Shown piece by piece: positions 31,829 through 42,249 of a stretch of 64,000 bases of DNA; the stretch's first letter is position 1, and each line of letters starts with the position of its first letter. Both the position numbers and the translations under genes were made by a program. This stretch comes from a virus. The notes under the pieces are model-generated. The model was given only the letters and a program-made list of their open reading frames with translations. It ran no database searches and was not told the origin of the DNA. Location of the stretch: IMG/VR virus record IMGVR_UViG_3300020583_000139, positions 7,868-71,867 of that record, one strand, 5' to 3'.

Positions 31829-33220
31829 CTACAGTTGCACGCTGACCTGGACTACGACGCTATGCACGGCACCAGCTTCCTTGATCGTGCAATAGATCGG
31901 CATGGCTTGCCGCGCTTGGCGAGCAGCGGGACTCTGGCTGGCGTAGGGAGGCGCTTGGTTCAAGTAGCCCAATGGCAACGGCGCCCCTGTTGCGAGACCA
32001 AGGACAGGCGCTCCATTCCAGATGCCAGGCCCGATGTAACCGATGCTTGCCAAGAAAGCGCAGGCCGAATCGACCTGGGCAATGAGTTGGTGCTCGCCGG
32101 CATCCGTTTGCGGAACCTTTGGTACGCTGACCAAAAGATTCATCAAGTTTATTTGGATCTGGGCGACAAGCATCGCGCGATACAAAATCTGGTCAAAGAA
32201 TTCTCCGCTTGGCAAAACTCCGGAAGCGAAGAATCCGATGAATGCACCGAACGTCCCGACCGTGTTGCAGTTCTGGGTTACCAGAGTGTTGTACTGCGTC
32301 TGCGTCAGTGGTTCAGGAGCAATACCCACCAGAGGTTTCAAGTTCAGCGTAAACGCGCTTCCGGCCGTCGCGGTGTTTAATCCCATGGCGAGACCGAGGA
32401 TTGCAGCCGCCGCATAGATATTATTCGGGAATGTCCCGCCCTGCGTGGTGTTGTAACTGAGCAAAGCACGGTCCTTGAGAGCTTGCATTTGCAGAGCGAT
32501 ATTTCCAGCCGTGCCGTTCACAACTGCGGCGTCGGCGGTCGATGCAAAGTAAAAGAGTGATTGCCAGTTTGCGGTGGAATAAGCAGCCAGCGCGAGATGG
32601 TCCGTATCCGTTGCGCCGATGCACATGAATCCGTACCACTGCTGGTTTGCTTGCTGACAGGCTTGAACGGCCTGGAGGAGTGTTTCCCCTACAGCGGTGA
32701 TATCTACCGTGAGGCCGACGCCCGCGCCACTCGTGGTCGTTGGCAGGTTGTTGGCGAGCGCATAGCCTGTGCCCTGATTTCCAATCGTTGTGCCAAGTGT
32801 CAAGACGTTTCCGCTACCGCCTACAGTCAAAACAACCAGTTTCGCATTCGAGGAACCTACCTGGGTGGGCGTGACCGTATCGCCAACGGCGTATCCCGTG
32901 CCGGCCGCACCCGTATGCGGAATGGCTGTCTCGATTGCCGTGAGGTCTTGACGGCCGATCCAAACAAATTGCGCAGGTTCGTTTTGCTCAAAGTAGAGTT
33001 GTGCCGCTAGGTATTCGCCTTCGACGGCGGTAAATCCATCGGCGATCATCGCCGCGAGCGTGGCGTACTGACGCAAACGCGGATTCGCTCCATAGGACGG
33101 AATGACTGGCGAAGAACCAACAATCAATCCTTGATTGAAGGGACGAACAGCCACCTGGCCGACAGCGGCCTGCACGTTGACTTGAATAAAATCACTGATT
33201 GGGAGCGGTCCTGGCGCCAT
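31829..33220 (-). CDS. tail sheath protein (DUF3383-like)
   Basis: EY.AA.LYF.Q..P....IGR, WYGF, KVPQTDAG, R.AR..P....K.AGAVH motifs; AGGAGG RBS. Confidence 0.9.
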   Translation of the reverse strand: MAPGPLPISDFIQVNVQAAVGQVAVRPFNQGLIVGSSPVIPSYGANPRLRQYATLAAMIADGFTAVEGEYLAAQLYFEQNEPAQFVWIGRQDLTAIETAIPHTGAAGTGYAVGDTVTPTQVGSSNAKLVVLTVGGSGNVLTLGTTIGNQGTGYALANNLPTTTSGAGVGLTVDITAVGETLLQAVQACQQANQQWYGFMCIGATDTDHLALAAYSTANWQSLFYFASTADAAVVNGTAGNIALQMQALKDRALLSYNTTQGGTFPNNIYAAAAILGLAMGLNTATAGSAFTLNLKPLVGIAPEPLTQTQYNTLVTQNCNTVGTFGAFIGFFASGVLPSGEFFDQILYRAMLVAQIQINLMNLLVSVPKVPQTDAGEHQLIAQVDSACAFLASIGYIGPGIWNGAPVLGLATGAPLPLGYLNQAPPYASQSPAARQARQAMPIYCTIKEAGAVHSVVVQVSVQL

Positions 33221-33230
33221 GGTATTCCTC

Positions 33231-33953
33231 CTAAGTTCCGAACGGCTGTTGTCCAAAAGATCCAGCGCCGTAACCTGGCGCTGCAACCTTGATATCGGCG
33301 ATTAGCGTTGTTCCCGAAGTATCGGTTTCAAGGATGACTTCCTCGCTGACCACGGTCTGACGCGCAATCGTTTCTGTGACAAATTCATACACTTCGAATT
33401 CCATATCCACGCGCTCGAACCATTGACCATTGCCATTTTCTTCGGGAACGCGAATCGGTTCAGGAAAATCGCTCACGGGAAAAAGGTTGCTCTGCGCTAG
33501 AAGATTCGTGAAGTAGTCCTGATAAAACGCGCTGCGAATAGCTCGCGCGCGGTCGTAAGAATTCGGACCATACAACGTGAAGTGTACGGCCCAGGCGTTC
33601 GTGTAATTCCACTGTTCGGTGAGCGCGGGATTCCCGTTGAGGGCCCCCCCATAGGGTTCGAGTCCGAAAAGGTTGTCGCCCCATCCTTGCGGTCCCCAGT
33701 TGAAACGGTCGCGAATTCGCGTGTAGGGATCTTCTCGGGGCATGCAACGGAAAAAGCAGACGTCATCGCCCGGCCCATCGATAAAAGGTGCGCCTTGCGT
33801 TGGATACATGACTCGGACGAGCGAAGTATCTTGTGGACTCGGCACTCCCAACATCCCGCAGATAAGTGGCTGAAAAACCATGTTTATCTGCTGGAGCGTG
33901 AGAGCGCTCGAAGTCAGAATGCTCGAATCCGGATATGTGACAGACTGGCCCAA
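33231..33953 (-). CDS. tail terminator/neck protein
   Basis: immediately upstream of sheath; YGP.S...A..I, PE....QW..R.D motifs. Confidence 0.65.
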   Translation of the reverse strand: MGQSVTYPDSSILTSSALTLQQINMVFQPLICGMLGVPSPQDTSLVRVMYPTQGAPFIDGPGDDVCFFRCMPREDPYTRIRDRFNWGPQGWGDNLFGLEPYGGALNGNPALTEQWNYTNAWAVHFTLYGPNSYDRARAIRSAFYQDYFTNLLAQSNLFPVSDFPEPIRVPEENGNGQWFERVDMEFEVYEFVTETIARQTVVSEEVILETDTSGTTLIADIKVAAPGYGAGSFGQQPFGT

Positions 33954-33963
33954 AATCGCTCCT

Positions 33964-34215
33964 TTACGAATGCGGCATGATACGAATATTCAGGGAATTG
34001 CAAACACCGCCATCTCCAACCGATTGGCTCCCAAAAGCGTTGACTTCGACATTCGGGAAGTAGCCTTGCGCATCCAGAACGTCCGAAATGAGTTCGGCTG
34101 CTTTTTGCCGAAGAGTTTCTTCCGGTTCTGCGCATTCCGAAGCCTTTTCAAACTGTTCCGCAACTGCGGCCTTGACTTCTTCAATCTTTCCTTTTGCTGC
34201 AACGCTCCAAGACAT
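33964..34215 (-). CDS. hypothetical protein
   Basis: AGGAGG RBS; fits operon spacing. Confidence 0.6.
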   Translation of the reverse strand: MSWSVAAKGKIEEVKAAVAEQFEKASECAEPEETLRQKAAELISDVLDAQGYFPNVEVNAFGSQSVGDGGVCNSLNIRIMPHS

Positions 34216-34226
34216 TTGCTTTCCTC

Positions 34227-34592
34227 CTAATCAGACTTCATGCGTACCGCAAGCGCTTTCCAGAACCCGTAATCTTGCTGCTGGGCCACATGCAGCACGC
34301 GGTAATTGAGACCCTGCCAAACCAAGATATCGCTTGACTGCCCCACGCCAGCAATCGCGTTCGTCCCGTAAATCGGCTGCGAAGACCAAAATGCTTTTAC
34401 TTCTTTCACGCGGTCCCCTTCGGCAAGCATCGAAATATCCCGGTCAGTCGCTGGCTGAACCGGGCCATACGAGGAAAGCGTCGTAGTCGAGGACTGCCAA
34501 ACTCCATACTGAAACCCCGTTCCCGTAGACCGTAAAATCGTAAAAACTTGCGCGAGATCGGCGTCAGAAACTATGTCGCTGACATCGATCAT
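34227..34592 (-). CDS. head closure (stopper) protein
   Basis: IDVS....D.D..Q.F...R, G.VQPA...D...L.EG.R, SD...W.G..YRV. Confidence 0.75.
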   Translation of the reverse strand: MIDVSDIVSDADLAQVFTILRSTGTGFQYGVWQSSTTTLSSYGPVQPATDRDISMLAEGDRVKEVKAFWSSQPIYGTNAIAGVGQSSDILVWQGLNYRVLHVAQQQDYGFWKALAVRMKSD

Positions 34593-35104
34593 TTCTGCTT
34601 TTCCATTTCGAGGTACGCGCTATACCAATCTACAGAAATTTTCTGTTGCGCTTCTTGGAGTTCCATGTTGCCGCTACACACCTGTTTGTGCAGCCAGTTT
34701 TCCAGTTTGTCTTTCTGATAGGCTCCCGGCTGGTCTGGCGTGAGATACGGTTGCGCCCAGAGGTTGGTAGGGTCATCGGCTCCTCCGAGTTCACGCGAGA
34801 TCAGATGGTCAATCTCACAATTCTTGGTGATCTTTTTTCCTTTAGCTCCCTTATGCGAAACCGGTGCACAGGTGCCCGTCTTAGGACCTGTACCGTATGC
34901 TGCGTAGACCTGCGCTTTCATCTTTTCCGTGACGGCGCGTTCGTCTTTTCCCCATTTCGTTGAACAAGAAATTTTCTTGGTGACTGCGGGATTTGTTTTT
35001 CCTGGTGTCACTATCGGGTCTGGTAGCAGCACGGACCCATGATGTCGATAATGTGCTTGCTGTGGGGCGAGAGACAGTAAAAGTATGAGCAAGGTCGGCG
35101 TCAT
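34589..35104 (-). CDS. HNH-fold nuclease-like protein with signal peptide
   Basis: hydrophobic N-terminus; LPDP..TPG, EIDHLIS.ELGGA....NLW.Q, KD.LEN.LH..VC.G. Confidence 0.75.
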   Translation of the reverse strand: MTPTLLILLLSLAPQQAHYRHHGSVLLPDPIVTPGKTNPAVTKKISCSTKWGKDERAVTEKMKAQVYAAYGTGPKTGTCAPVSHKGAKGKKITKNCEIDHLISRELGGADDPTNLWAQPYLTPDQPGAYQKDKLENWLHKQVCSGNMELQEAQQKISVDWYSAYLEMEKQK

Positions 35105-35589
35105 TAAATATCTCTTACCACGAAAGTTATAGAGCGTCTGAGAGCCGAAGTGTCAATCAAGGGCCGACTGGAACCCTTGCGTCGAATCGTCTCCGGACTG
35201 TTAGGAGCCCAATTATTTCTAGCGTCTGTGAACCAAGCCTTTGCCGCGTTACTACCTGCGGTGCCAGCGCGACGCATGAATTGTTTCGCCTGTTGCGGCT
35301 CGCCATCGAATTGCGCTTTGACAGCCTGCTTGAGTTCTGCGGCTATGGCCTGTTTGTTGCCGTCCGCTTCGATGGCTGGCTCGATCACCGGACGCGCGGG
35401 AATATTTCGCATCGGCGAGCCGTGTGTGTGAATGTACAAAAGCGAAGAGTTATTAATTTTATCCTTTGGCCGGATGGTCTTGGCCTGCGGAATCCCCACG
35501 AGGACTTCCATCTTCATGATGGCGTCGAGGGAGTTGCGGACCTGTTGCGCTCCGGGTCCGCGTTGCGTAATTGTAACGTTTGGTCCCAT
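35104..35589 (-). CDS. neck/tail completion protein (HK97 gp10-like)
   Basis: V.VGIP, H..GSP..NIPARP, PNSP.TI.RKGSS.PLIDT..L..SI. Confidence 0.8.
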   Translation of the reverse strand: MGPNVTITQRGPGAQQVRNSLDAIMKMEVLVGIPQAKTIRPKDKINNSSLLYIHTHGSPMRNIPARPVIEPAIEADGNKQAIAAELKQAVKAQFDGEPQQAKQFMRRAGTAGSNAAKAWFTDARNNWAPNSPETIRRKGSSRPLIDTSALRRSITFVVRDI

Positions 35590-35590
35590 C

Positions 35591-36304
35591 TTATTTGGTA
35601 AACCATTTTCCGGCTGTGAAGCAGTAGTAGATTACGATTGTGCCTGCGCCATGTGAAAAACCTACGCCCGCTCCGCCAGCATTGATTGTGTCTGTACCGT
35701 TCGGGTAGACCAGCAACGCATTCGTAGCTTGGTTGTTATTAATTGCGACCTCGGCACCGCTCACGGATGGTGGAAGTAATACGCCTGTTCCGGCAGGCAC
35801 AGTCGAGACGTTGTAGGCCATGCGCGGCGGAAGTACGGTTGCATTTCCCTGGTTCGTGCCAGCCGCTACGACTCCATCTAGCGTAGATACTGTCTGGAGT
35901 CCACCAGCGAATCCATTTGCGAGCCCTTCCGTGTACCACGCACCCGGTGTGGCGCAGGAATAGAGGACAAACGAAGCTGGCATCTGACTGACGCCAACCG
36001 CAGTCGCAGCATCATCAATCGTGTCGGTTCCAGCCCCGAAGACCTGCACTGGATTGGCACCATGATTGATGATGAGAATTTCCAGTCCGGCGACGGATAG
36101 TGGAAGTTTTACGCTGTCCCCCGGATTAGTGACTACAGTGATCCGGTTGGTTTGTGCTACCAACTGAGTGGCCAAAGCCTGGCCACCACCCACATGCGCA
36201 GCAATTAGGTCTTGCGCAGACTCGTAGATAAAACCGTACGCACCGATGTTTTGAAATGTTACCGTTCCCGTTGTTGGGTTATAATCTCCGCCAGCTTCAG
36301 CCAT
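35591..36304 (-). CDS. putative virion decoration protein with two tandem ~100 aa domains
   Basis: repeat: Q..AT.L...V.LP.SV.G.E..I.N......V...GTDTI.....Y.C.T.G.W.T. Confidence 0.6.
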   Translation of the reverse strand: MAEAGGDYNPTTGTVTFQNIGAYGFIYESAQDLIAAHVGGGQALATQLVAQTNRITVVTNPGDSVKLPLSVAGLEILIINHGANPVQVFGAGTDTIDDAATAVGVSQMPASFVLYSCATPGAWYTEGLANGFAGGLQTVSTLDGVVAAGTNQGNATVLPPRMAYNVSTVPAGTGVLLPPSVSGAEVAINNNQATNALLVYPNGTDTINAGGAGVGFSHGAGTIVIYYCFTAGKWFTK

Positions 36305-36316
36305 TGAGTGCTCCTT

Positions 36317-37042
36317 TCACCACAACATCATTGGACCCATGCCGACAATACGCGCCATAGTCGCGAGTTGCTGTCCGTACACAGTCAAATTCCACGCTCC
36401 CCAATCTTCAAGACCGCCTACGAGCTGGTAACTGGCGGAAACATCTCCTACACTCTTCGCGATCAGAATCCCGAAAGCCAAGCCCTGGCCAGCAGCCTGA
36501 GTTGCTGTCGATGCGGGCGCTCCCTCGCTGCGTGCATAAAGGTCCGCGAAGTGTGCCACAAAGAGCGCCATAGCAAAGGTCCACTGTTCGAGCCACTTGC
36601 CCTGTACGAGCGAGGCTGATGCGAGAGCAATGTAGACTTGCAGGACCGCAATCGGAACTAGTGGAGCATTCCAGACCGTGAGAGGAACGTTAGACGCAGA
36701 ATTGATCGGCGCATTCGAAAGCGTAATTGCCCCAGTGCCTATCGCTTGGATAAATGTTCCATCTGGGATATTTGCGCCTGCTACGGGATTACCTACCGCC
36801 ATCCCCGCCGTGGAACTAACATTTGCAACTTGATTCCCCGCCACGAGTGTTGCCGTTGGAACAGGCGCAAGCGGAGGCCCACCCCACTTAGGGTAGAACG
36901 CGAAAAAGTCCTGGATGAAATAGGGAGGATTAGACCCGACGACTATGTTGTTGACGAAGCCGCTGAAATCACCGAAGCCGGTGAGATCAACCGAGGGACC
37001 CCATTGCGAGGCCAGCCACCCATTCCAATCCGGCGTTCCCAT
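36317..37042 (-). CDS. head-tail adaptor (DUF4054-like) with inserted beta module
   Basis: F...YP.W, L.VAH...L, KSVGDVS.SY, WNLT.YGQQ motifs. Confidence 0.82.
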   Translation of the reverse strand: MGTPDWNGWLASQWGPSVDLTGFGDFSGFVNNIVVGSNPPYFIQDFFAFYPKWGGPPLAPVPTATLVAGNQVANVSSTAGMAVGNPVAGANIPDGTFIQAIGTGAITLSNAPINSASNVPLTVWNAPLVPIAVLQVYIALASASLVQGKWLEQWTFAMALFVAHFADLYARSEGAPASTATQAAGQGLAFGILIAKSVGDVSASYQLVGGLEDWGAWNLTVYGQQLATMARIVGMGPMMLW

Positions 37043-37060
37043 CGCGCCTCATCTTCTGCT

Positions 37061-37480
37061 TTAAGCAGTGCCCGCGACCTTTTCCTTGATAGCCGCAACC
37101 ATCTCGTCTTTTTTCAGTTTGTCGTCTAGTTCCAGGCCATGCACTTCCAAGGCGTGGAGCTGAAGTTCGTCCTTGCTCAGTTTGCTGAGATCAACCAGCC
37201 CCAAGTCGCCGGGTTTCGCGTCTTTCGCGTCTCCACCGGTAACAGGCTTGGGAATCGCCGCTGGTTTGGCTTTCGGAATGATGACTTCCATCATGTCCTC
37301 GTGCGTGACGGCCTCTTGGAAAGTGTCCAGTTTGCCTACCCAATCCGGAACTTCCTGGGGATCTTTGCTATCCGGTACGTGGTGGGTGCGAAGTACCTTC
37401 CCTGGAATCCAGTCATCACCTACCTGCTTGCCGGGACTCCATTCTTGAAACAGAATTTTGCGCTTCGCAATAACGTACAT
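37061..37480 (-). CDS. capsid-adjacent protein with C-terminal Rho-N/HeH-like motif
   Basis: Q.VPDWV motif; DLSKLSKDEL..A..G.....KKDEMV..I. Confidence 0.65.
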   Translation of the reverse strand: MYVIAKRKILFQEWSPGKQVGDDWIPGKVLRTHHVPDSKDPQEVPDWVGKLDTFQEAVTHEDMMEVIIPKAKPAAIPKPVTGGDAKDAKPGDLGLVDLSKLSKDELQLHALEVHGLELDDKLKKDEMVAAIKEKVAGTA

Positions 37481-37546
37481 AGACGCACTCCTTCGCGGGG
37501 AAATTCCCCACTGGATTCCAAAGTTAGGCCCAAAACCAGAAAATCG

Positions 37547-38107
37547 TTAAAATCTGTTTCGCTTCCGAATGTTCTCGGCCTCAGTGATGACTCGCAAATT
37601 CCAGGGCACATGCAGCCCACACACGACGGCTTCACCATGTAGGTTCACCCCGCGCAAGGGGATAATATGATCGACAACGTGCGAAATTCCGGTTGTGCGC
37701 GTCATGCGTTTAGCCCGCGTGTAAAGTTTGTTGATGGCCTTCCAATGCTGCAAGGTGAGCCACGGCGGGACCGCCTGCATTTTGTTCGCGTAATCTCGCC
37801 CACTTGATCCAGGATTGGCCTCGCGCCAGTCACGAAGATATTTTCTTCGCGCTTCCCGCTGTTCGGGCGATAAACTTCGCCATCGCCTTCGAGAATAATT
37901 ACGACATCGGAGCAAGAGTTTTTCGTGGTCCCGCTTAAATGTTCTTGCCGAGTAATTTCGCGCAGCGCGACGCCCGCAAAGAAGGCAAGTGAAATTGTTA
38001 ACGTAACGCGGGGCGACATGGCCTTGGCTGCACGGTTTCCCCGTGAAGTACATCGGCGAGTTGAGTGATATTGCTTCACTTCGGCTGATTACCTTCTGGC
38101 CGCTCAT
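37547..38107 (-). CDS. HNH homing endonuclease
   Basis: YFTGKPC..GH...RY....C..C; P.WL; HVVDHIIPL.G..VCGLHVPWNL.VI...EN..K.N. Confidence 0.9.
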   Translation of the reverse strand: MSGQKVISRSEAISLNSPMYFTGKPCSQGHVAPRYVNNFTCLLCGRRAARNYSARTFKRDHEKLLLRCRNYSRRRWRSLSPEQREARRKYLRDWREANPGSSGRDYANKMQAVPPWLTLQHWKAINKLYTRAKRMTRTTGISHVVDHIIPLRGVNLHGEAVVCGLHVPWNLRVITEAENIRKRNRF

Positions 38108-38140
38108 GCGACCATTATACGCCTAAGTCCTTTGTTATGT

Positions 38141-39265
38141 TCAAATTCCGTACATATATAACAGGGTCGTGGGACGGAGGATTTGTGGGACTCCTATGCA
38201 TCCCATGAAAAGCGTTTCGTATCCCGTGCTCTGAACAGAAGGCACGGTGAACACCTTCTGAATAGGTTGCGGAATCTTGAGATAGAGACTCTCTTCGGCC
38301 TTGCGGTAGAAAAGAATTTCGCTGGTTGCGCCTGTGCCTTGCGTGCTGATCCACGGGTCGGGCAGCGGCAAAATCTCGAAGTCGACGCCCTGGCGTCGCG
38401 CGACGTTGTTCATCAAAATGTATTCGAGCACGGAGTTGAAGCCACCCGTGGTCATGGGCTGATTCAGCACGCCCCAATGCTCGTAATCCACGAGTGCGGT
38501 ATCGGGAATACCTTCCACGTCGTAACCGCTGTTTTGCTGGACCTGAATAATGCCCGTATTGAAGTCATTCAGGATTTGTGTTGTGGTCTTCGTCGACCAA
38601 GTTGCGGTATTGCCCGTCCCGGTGAGAGGAGCCTGCACAGACGTAATGGCGGAGTTGTTCATCAACCCGCCGTAGCCGCCCCATCCGAGGTAGGTTACGC
38701 GATCAAGGGCTTTGTTCCAGATCAAGCGCAAGCCGGTGTCGAGGAGTTGTTGCAGCGAATAAGGCGCCGGAATCCCGAATTTCTTCGAATCGATCAGTTT
38801 TTGCAGATCGACATACGAAATGCGCATCGCCTGCGCCCAAATAAACGCCGGCCAGATGCCTTTCAGGACTTCGGCCTGAACGATACCCACATCGACGTTC
38901 TTGTTTTCCATCAAGCCGAACTGATTGTTCGCGGACGATCCGTAGTTCGCGGCCCATGCGGTGAGTTCTTCGACGTAGCCGCCACCGGTTTTGATGGGGA
39001 TATCGCGCGCATGCGTGACCGCTGCCAATGGTTCGACGAGCTTCACATCTGGCAGTTCGAGCATCGAGGCGAGATAGGCCAAGCCCGTGCCAGTCGTCGC
39101 GTCAATAGCTTGGCCGCGTTCGAGCAAGTCTTGGCACACTTGCAGAGCAAGTTGCGCCTGCTTTTTGCTGTCGCCGCTGTAAGACCACCGCGGCATCGTA
39201 TTGAAACGCTGGATTGCCCGTTGCGCGTCCATCGCGGCGTCACGCCGCGCGAGTTTTGCAAACAT
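38141..39265 (-). CDS. major capsid protein (DUF2184-like)
   Basis: MDA leader, RDIP...GGG, D...Y.G....GL.N, W..KT...IL.D, RP....Y.YGI end. Confidence 0.88.
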   Translation of the reverse strand: MFAKLARRDAAMDAQRAIQRFNTMPRWSYSGDSKKQAQLALQVCQDLLERGQAIDATTGTGLAYLASMLELPDVKLVEPLAAVTHARDIPIKTGGGYVEELTAWAANYGSSANNQFGLMENKNVDVGIVQAEVLKGIWPAFIWAQAMRISYVDLQKLIDSKKFGIPAPYSLQQLLDTGLRLIWNKALDRVTYLGWGGYGGLMNNSAITSVQAPLTGTGNTATWSTKTTTQILNDFNTGIIQVQQNSGYDVEGIPDTALVDYEHWGVLNQPMTTGGFNSVLEYILMNNVARRQGVDFEILPLPDPWISTQGTGATSEILFYRKAEESLYLKIPQPIQKVFTVPSVQSTGYETLFMGCIGVPQILRPTTLLYMYGI

Positions 39266-39306
39266 TTCAATCCTCCAGTTCTAACTCTGCTTGAGCGCCG
39301 CTATGC

Positions 39307-40098
39307 TTAGGCAGCAGCTCGAGAAAGCACAACCAACTCGCAAACGTTGTTGGCATCCATCGCGCCGTTTTTGAAAAACGCCTGGCAAACGGTGGGGTCC
39401 AACAAAATGTTGTTATTGCCATCGTTGTTGGATTCGATGTCGCCGAGGAGTCCGGCCGGGATGCCGCCGTTCACGATGGCGCGCAAGTAAGCCGGCCCAC
39501 CAGCGACGGGAGCGCCTACGGGAACCTTGATCGTAATGGCTCCGCGCGTCAGGATGCCGACGTACTGGCCTGGCATGTAGTAACCCAAGGTCGGGCTTGG
39601 CACCGGAGCGCCTGGAGTCAAACCGTAGGTGAACATCGTCTTGACTTCGCGAGTCGCAAAGCCCGCAAGCGTTGCGAATTGCAAAACCGTGTTGGCGTTG
39701 TTGGCGCCGGTCGGAGTCTTCGACAGAGTGACTTGACCGTTGACGGGGTTGATCGAGACAACGTAGGTCCCCGCAGGAATCGCGGCATTGAAAACAAACA
39801 TGCCAACCGCGATACCGGCAAGGTTGCCCGGCGTCACGATGGGGCTGGCATTGTTCAGTCCGGAGCCGCCGACCTGTAAACCTCCGCCAGTCGCCTGCCA
39901 ATCCTGGTACTGCTTGCAGGTTCCGCCCACCGCATCCGGCAAGAGCATGACGGCATCGCCGAAGTTGATGTTGTTGGCGTTGTTGACGTTTGCTTGGCGA
40001 GCGAGAATGAACGGGTCGCCTCCACCGGAGCGCGATACTTCGCCGATAAACCCAAAAGGAGTTCCGACTACCGGAATAACTTGTCCGAATGCGCCCAT
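39307..40098 (-). CDS. capsid cement/decoration protein
   Basis: between protease and capsid; GF.G.VSR, I.FG.AV, G.A.REVK, RG.I.V, G.P..GG..Y.R. Confidence 0.75.
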   Translation of the reverse strand: MGAFGQVIPVVGTPFGFIGEVSRSGGGDPFILARQANVNNANNINFGDAVMLLPDAVGGTCKQYQDWQATGGGLQVGGSGLNNASPIVTPGNLAGIAVGMFVFNAAIPAGTYVVSINPVNGQVTLSKTPTGANNANTVLQFATLAGFATREVKTMFTYGLTPGAPVPSPTLGYYMPGQYVGILTRGAITIKVPVGAPVAGGPAYLRAIVNGGIPAGLLGDIESNNDGNNNILLDPTVCQAFFKNGAMDANNVCELVVLSRAAA

Positions 40099-40158
40099 CG
40101 TTTTTCTCCTTCTCCGTTACAGCACCAGCCCAGTTAGGGCCGAAAAAATCAGAAATGT

Positions 40159-41769
40159 TTAGTTCGTGCCTGCGCCGTTGCGAAGGAACTTGGCAGACGG
40201 CCGGCCAGTTTTCTTCATTGCGTCGGCATAGATTTTGTCTGCGTCTGCGGCTCGCTTTTCCGCTTCTGACAGGCGAGGCTTGAACTCTTTGTCCGCGTCT
40301 GTACCTTCGTGGCGAGTCGTTGCAGATTTCAGAAAGTCGGCATAACTGCCATTGCCGGTATCCGTCTTCTTGACGATCTTTTTCAGCGAACTCGTGAGTG
40401 TGTCGAACGCCGCTTTCAGCTTCTTGTCATTCGAGCGCGCAACGAAAGGCTTGAGGAACTTGAGAAGTTGCAGGTTGGAGTCCGCGACCAATGACTGGAC
40501 ATCAGCCGCTTTGAGCGCACCCTTGGGCCGTTCATTGGCCGCGAGCACGGGTTCGGAGCGGACGATCTCGGCGTCTTCGCCTTCTTTCTCCTCTTTCTCT
40601 TCTTTTTCTTCCTCGTCCGCAGCATCCTCTTCGGCTTGCTCGTGTTCCGTTTCCTTGTCTTTGCCCTTGTCCATGCAATCGTCGCAACGGCAGCCTTCGG
40701 GATGCTTGTCGTCGTGGGCCTCGCCCTCGACAAAGTCATTCACCTTTTTCTTGAACTCCTCCATCTCGGCGTCGAGCGCGGCCTCGGTAGATGCATCGAG
40801 GAGTTTGTCGAGTTTGTCGTGCATGGCCTTGCGCGCATCATTCGCCGCTTGCTTTTCTTTGTCGTCGACCCCGGCGCTGCGCGTTTCAGTCCCGCCGACT
40901 TCCTTGAAAATCTTGACGCCATCTTTGGTCGTGCCGACATATTCCATCTTCGGTGCTTTGTCGGCCTCTTTGCCATCGGTCGCGATGCTGATGACGTTAT
41001 CGCGCTTTTTCTCGCCATCCACCGCTTCGGCAGCCGCGAGCACGTTCGGATCGCGCAAGGCTTCTGCGATATCCTCCGAGGGTGCGTCTTTGGCAAACAC
41101 ACGGAATCCTTCGCCCAAGAGATGCTTGAAAATGTTTTTCACGCGAGTCTCCTTCTTGACCGGAGCAGGAATAGGTTCCGGTGCTGAATCGTTGATGCGG
41201 GCCTCTTCGCCAGCTCGTGCCTTTTGAACGAGCGCGACGTGATTCCCGAGAATGTCGCGCTGATCCCATCGATAACCCTCGCGGGCGAGTCGATAGGTAT
41301 AACCGCAAGAAAGTTCTCGCTGGCCGGTTTCGACGGCGCGAATAGCTTCCTCGTCCTTAACGATAATGTCCGCGAGGAGCGGTAAATTCCCATCACTGAG
41401 GGGCTCGTCTCCTTGACGAACATTCTGGACATGTCCGCGGCTGTGACGGTTATCGTTCTGCGGAGTAAGCAGCTCGTCCGGGTGAGTGAGGGTGAAAGTC
41501 TTGCCCTCAAAACTTGCGATAGTGGCGCGCGAGAAGACTTCCGAAGGGTCGCGCCAAATCTGGATTTCTTCATCGGGGTTGTAACGCTCACTGAGCAAAC
41601 CCTGGGGATCGGCGATTTCAGAGACGCGATAAGTCTGGAAGCCAGTTCGCGCGATGACCGCGTTCCTGCAAATAAGATAACCGTCTTGGGTTCGCGCGAT
41701 GTTGTCGCTGAGGTGTTCCCCATGGTAGGCAACGCGGCGGTCGAGGGCGACGGGCACATCACGCCTCAC
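40159..41769 (-). CDS. prohead protease/scaffold (DUF2213-like)
   Basis: T.DGYL.C...IARTG.Q.Y, R...EVF....ASFEG...T..HP, ELS.GY, NHVALV..RAG; acidic scaffold tail. Confidence 0.9.
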   Translation of the reverse strand: MRRDVPVALDRRVAYHGEHLSDNIARTQDGYLICRNAVIARTGFQTYRVSEIADPQGLLSERYNPDEEIQIWRDPSEVFSRATIASFEGKTFTLTHPDELLTPQNDNRHSRGHVQNVRQGDEPLSDGNLPLLADIIVKDEEAIRAVETGQRELSCGYTYRLAREGYRWDQRDILGNHVALVQKARAGEEARINDSAPEPIPAPVKKETRVKNIFKHLLGEGFRVFAKDAPSEDIAEALRDPNVLAAAEAVDGEKKRDNVISIATDGKEADKAPKMEYVGTTKDGVKIFKEVGGTETRSAGVDDKEKQAANDARKAMHDKLDKLLDASTEAALDAEMEEFKKKVNDFVEGEAHDDKHPEGCRCDDCMDKGKDKETEHEQAEEDAADEEEKEEKEEKEGEDAEIVRSEPVLAANERPKGALKAADVQSLVADSNLQLLKFLKPFVARSNDKKLKAAFDTLTSSLKKIVKKTDTGNGSYADFLKSATTRHEGTDADKEFKPRLSEAEKRAADADKIYADAMKKTGRPSAKFLRNGAGTN

Positions 41770-42001
41770 CTATGGTGAGTTTCAATGCGTTCCGGGGAGC
41801 CACTTTTGCGCCATGAGGCAGCGGGTCTTTTATCTCGGTCATTTTGTTGACGGCTTGAGGCGCTAGACTTGAACCATCGCCGGTCTTGCGCGCATTACTC
41901 AAGGCTGCGGCAACCGCTTGGTTTTCGGGATGGCCATGGCGACGCATCTCTTCGATATTCTTGCTGACCGTTTCCCGCGAAGATCCAGACTTGAGTGGCA
42001 T
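41759..42001 (-). CDS. small head-associated protein
   Basis: MPLK.G.S..T.S.NI.E....G.P..QAVA.AL..AR motif common upstream of phage head proteases. Confidence 0.7.
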   Translation of the reverse strand: MPLKSGSSRETVSKNIEEMRRHGHPENQAVAAALSNARKTGDGSSLAPQAVNKMTEIKDPLPHGAKVAPRNALKLTIGEA

Positions 42002-42096
42002 GAACGAAAGAACGATACCACTACTTATAGTGCCGTTTGAAAAACGGGCGGATAAAATTTGACAAATGTAATACTCTCGCTATACGCTACACGGCG

Positions 42097-42249
42097 ATGC
42101 TTCCAGAGCGAAAACTTGTAAGTTTCCGCATCAGTATTAGGGTTTTGAGGTTGCTGGATGCGCTATCCATGGAATTAGGAATGAACAAAACAAGTGTCAT
42201 TGCGCAAGCTATTCGAGTTCTTGCCAAACGAGAGAAAGTGAAGGCGTAA
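42097..42249 (+). CDS. ribbon-helix-helix regulator
   Basis: VSFRIS.....LLD.LS.ELG.NKT.VI.QAI; TTGACA at 42059 upstream. Confidence 0.7.
   Translation: MLPERKLVSFRISIRVLRLLDALSMELGMNKTSVIAQAIRVLAKREKVKA

Noticed and set aside
34780-34815. Guide 4 matching the RELGG codons of the secreted HNH gene
   Set aside because: Only five consecutive dinucleotides match, and the flanks need a gap
38183-41227. Long plus-strand ORFs opposite the capsid and protease genes
   Set aside because: Antisense shadows of strongly codon-biased genes
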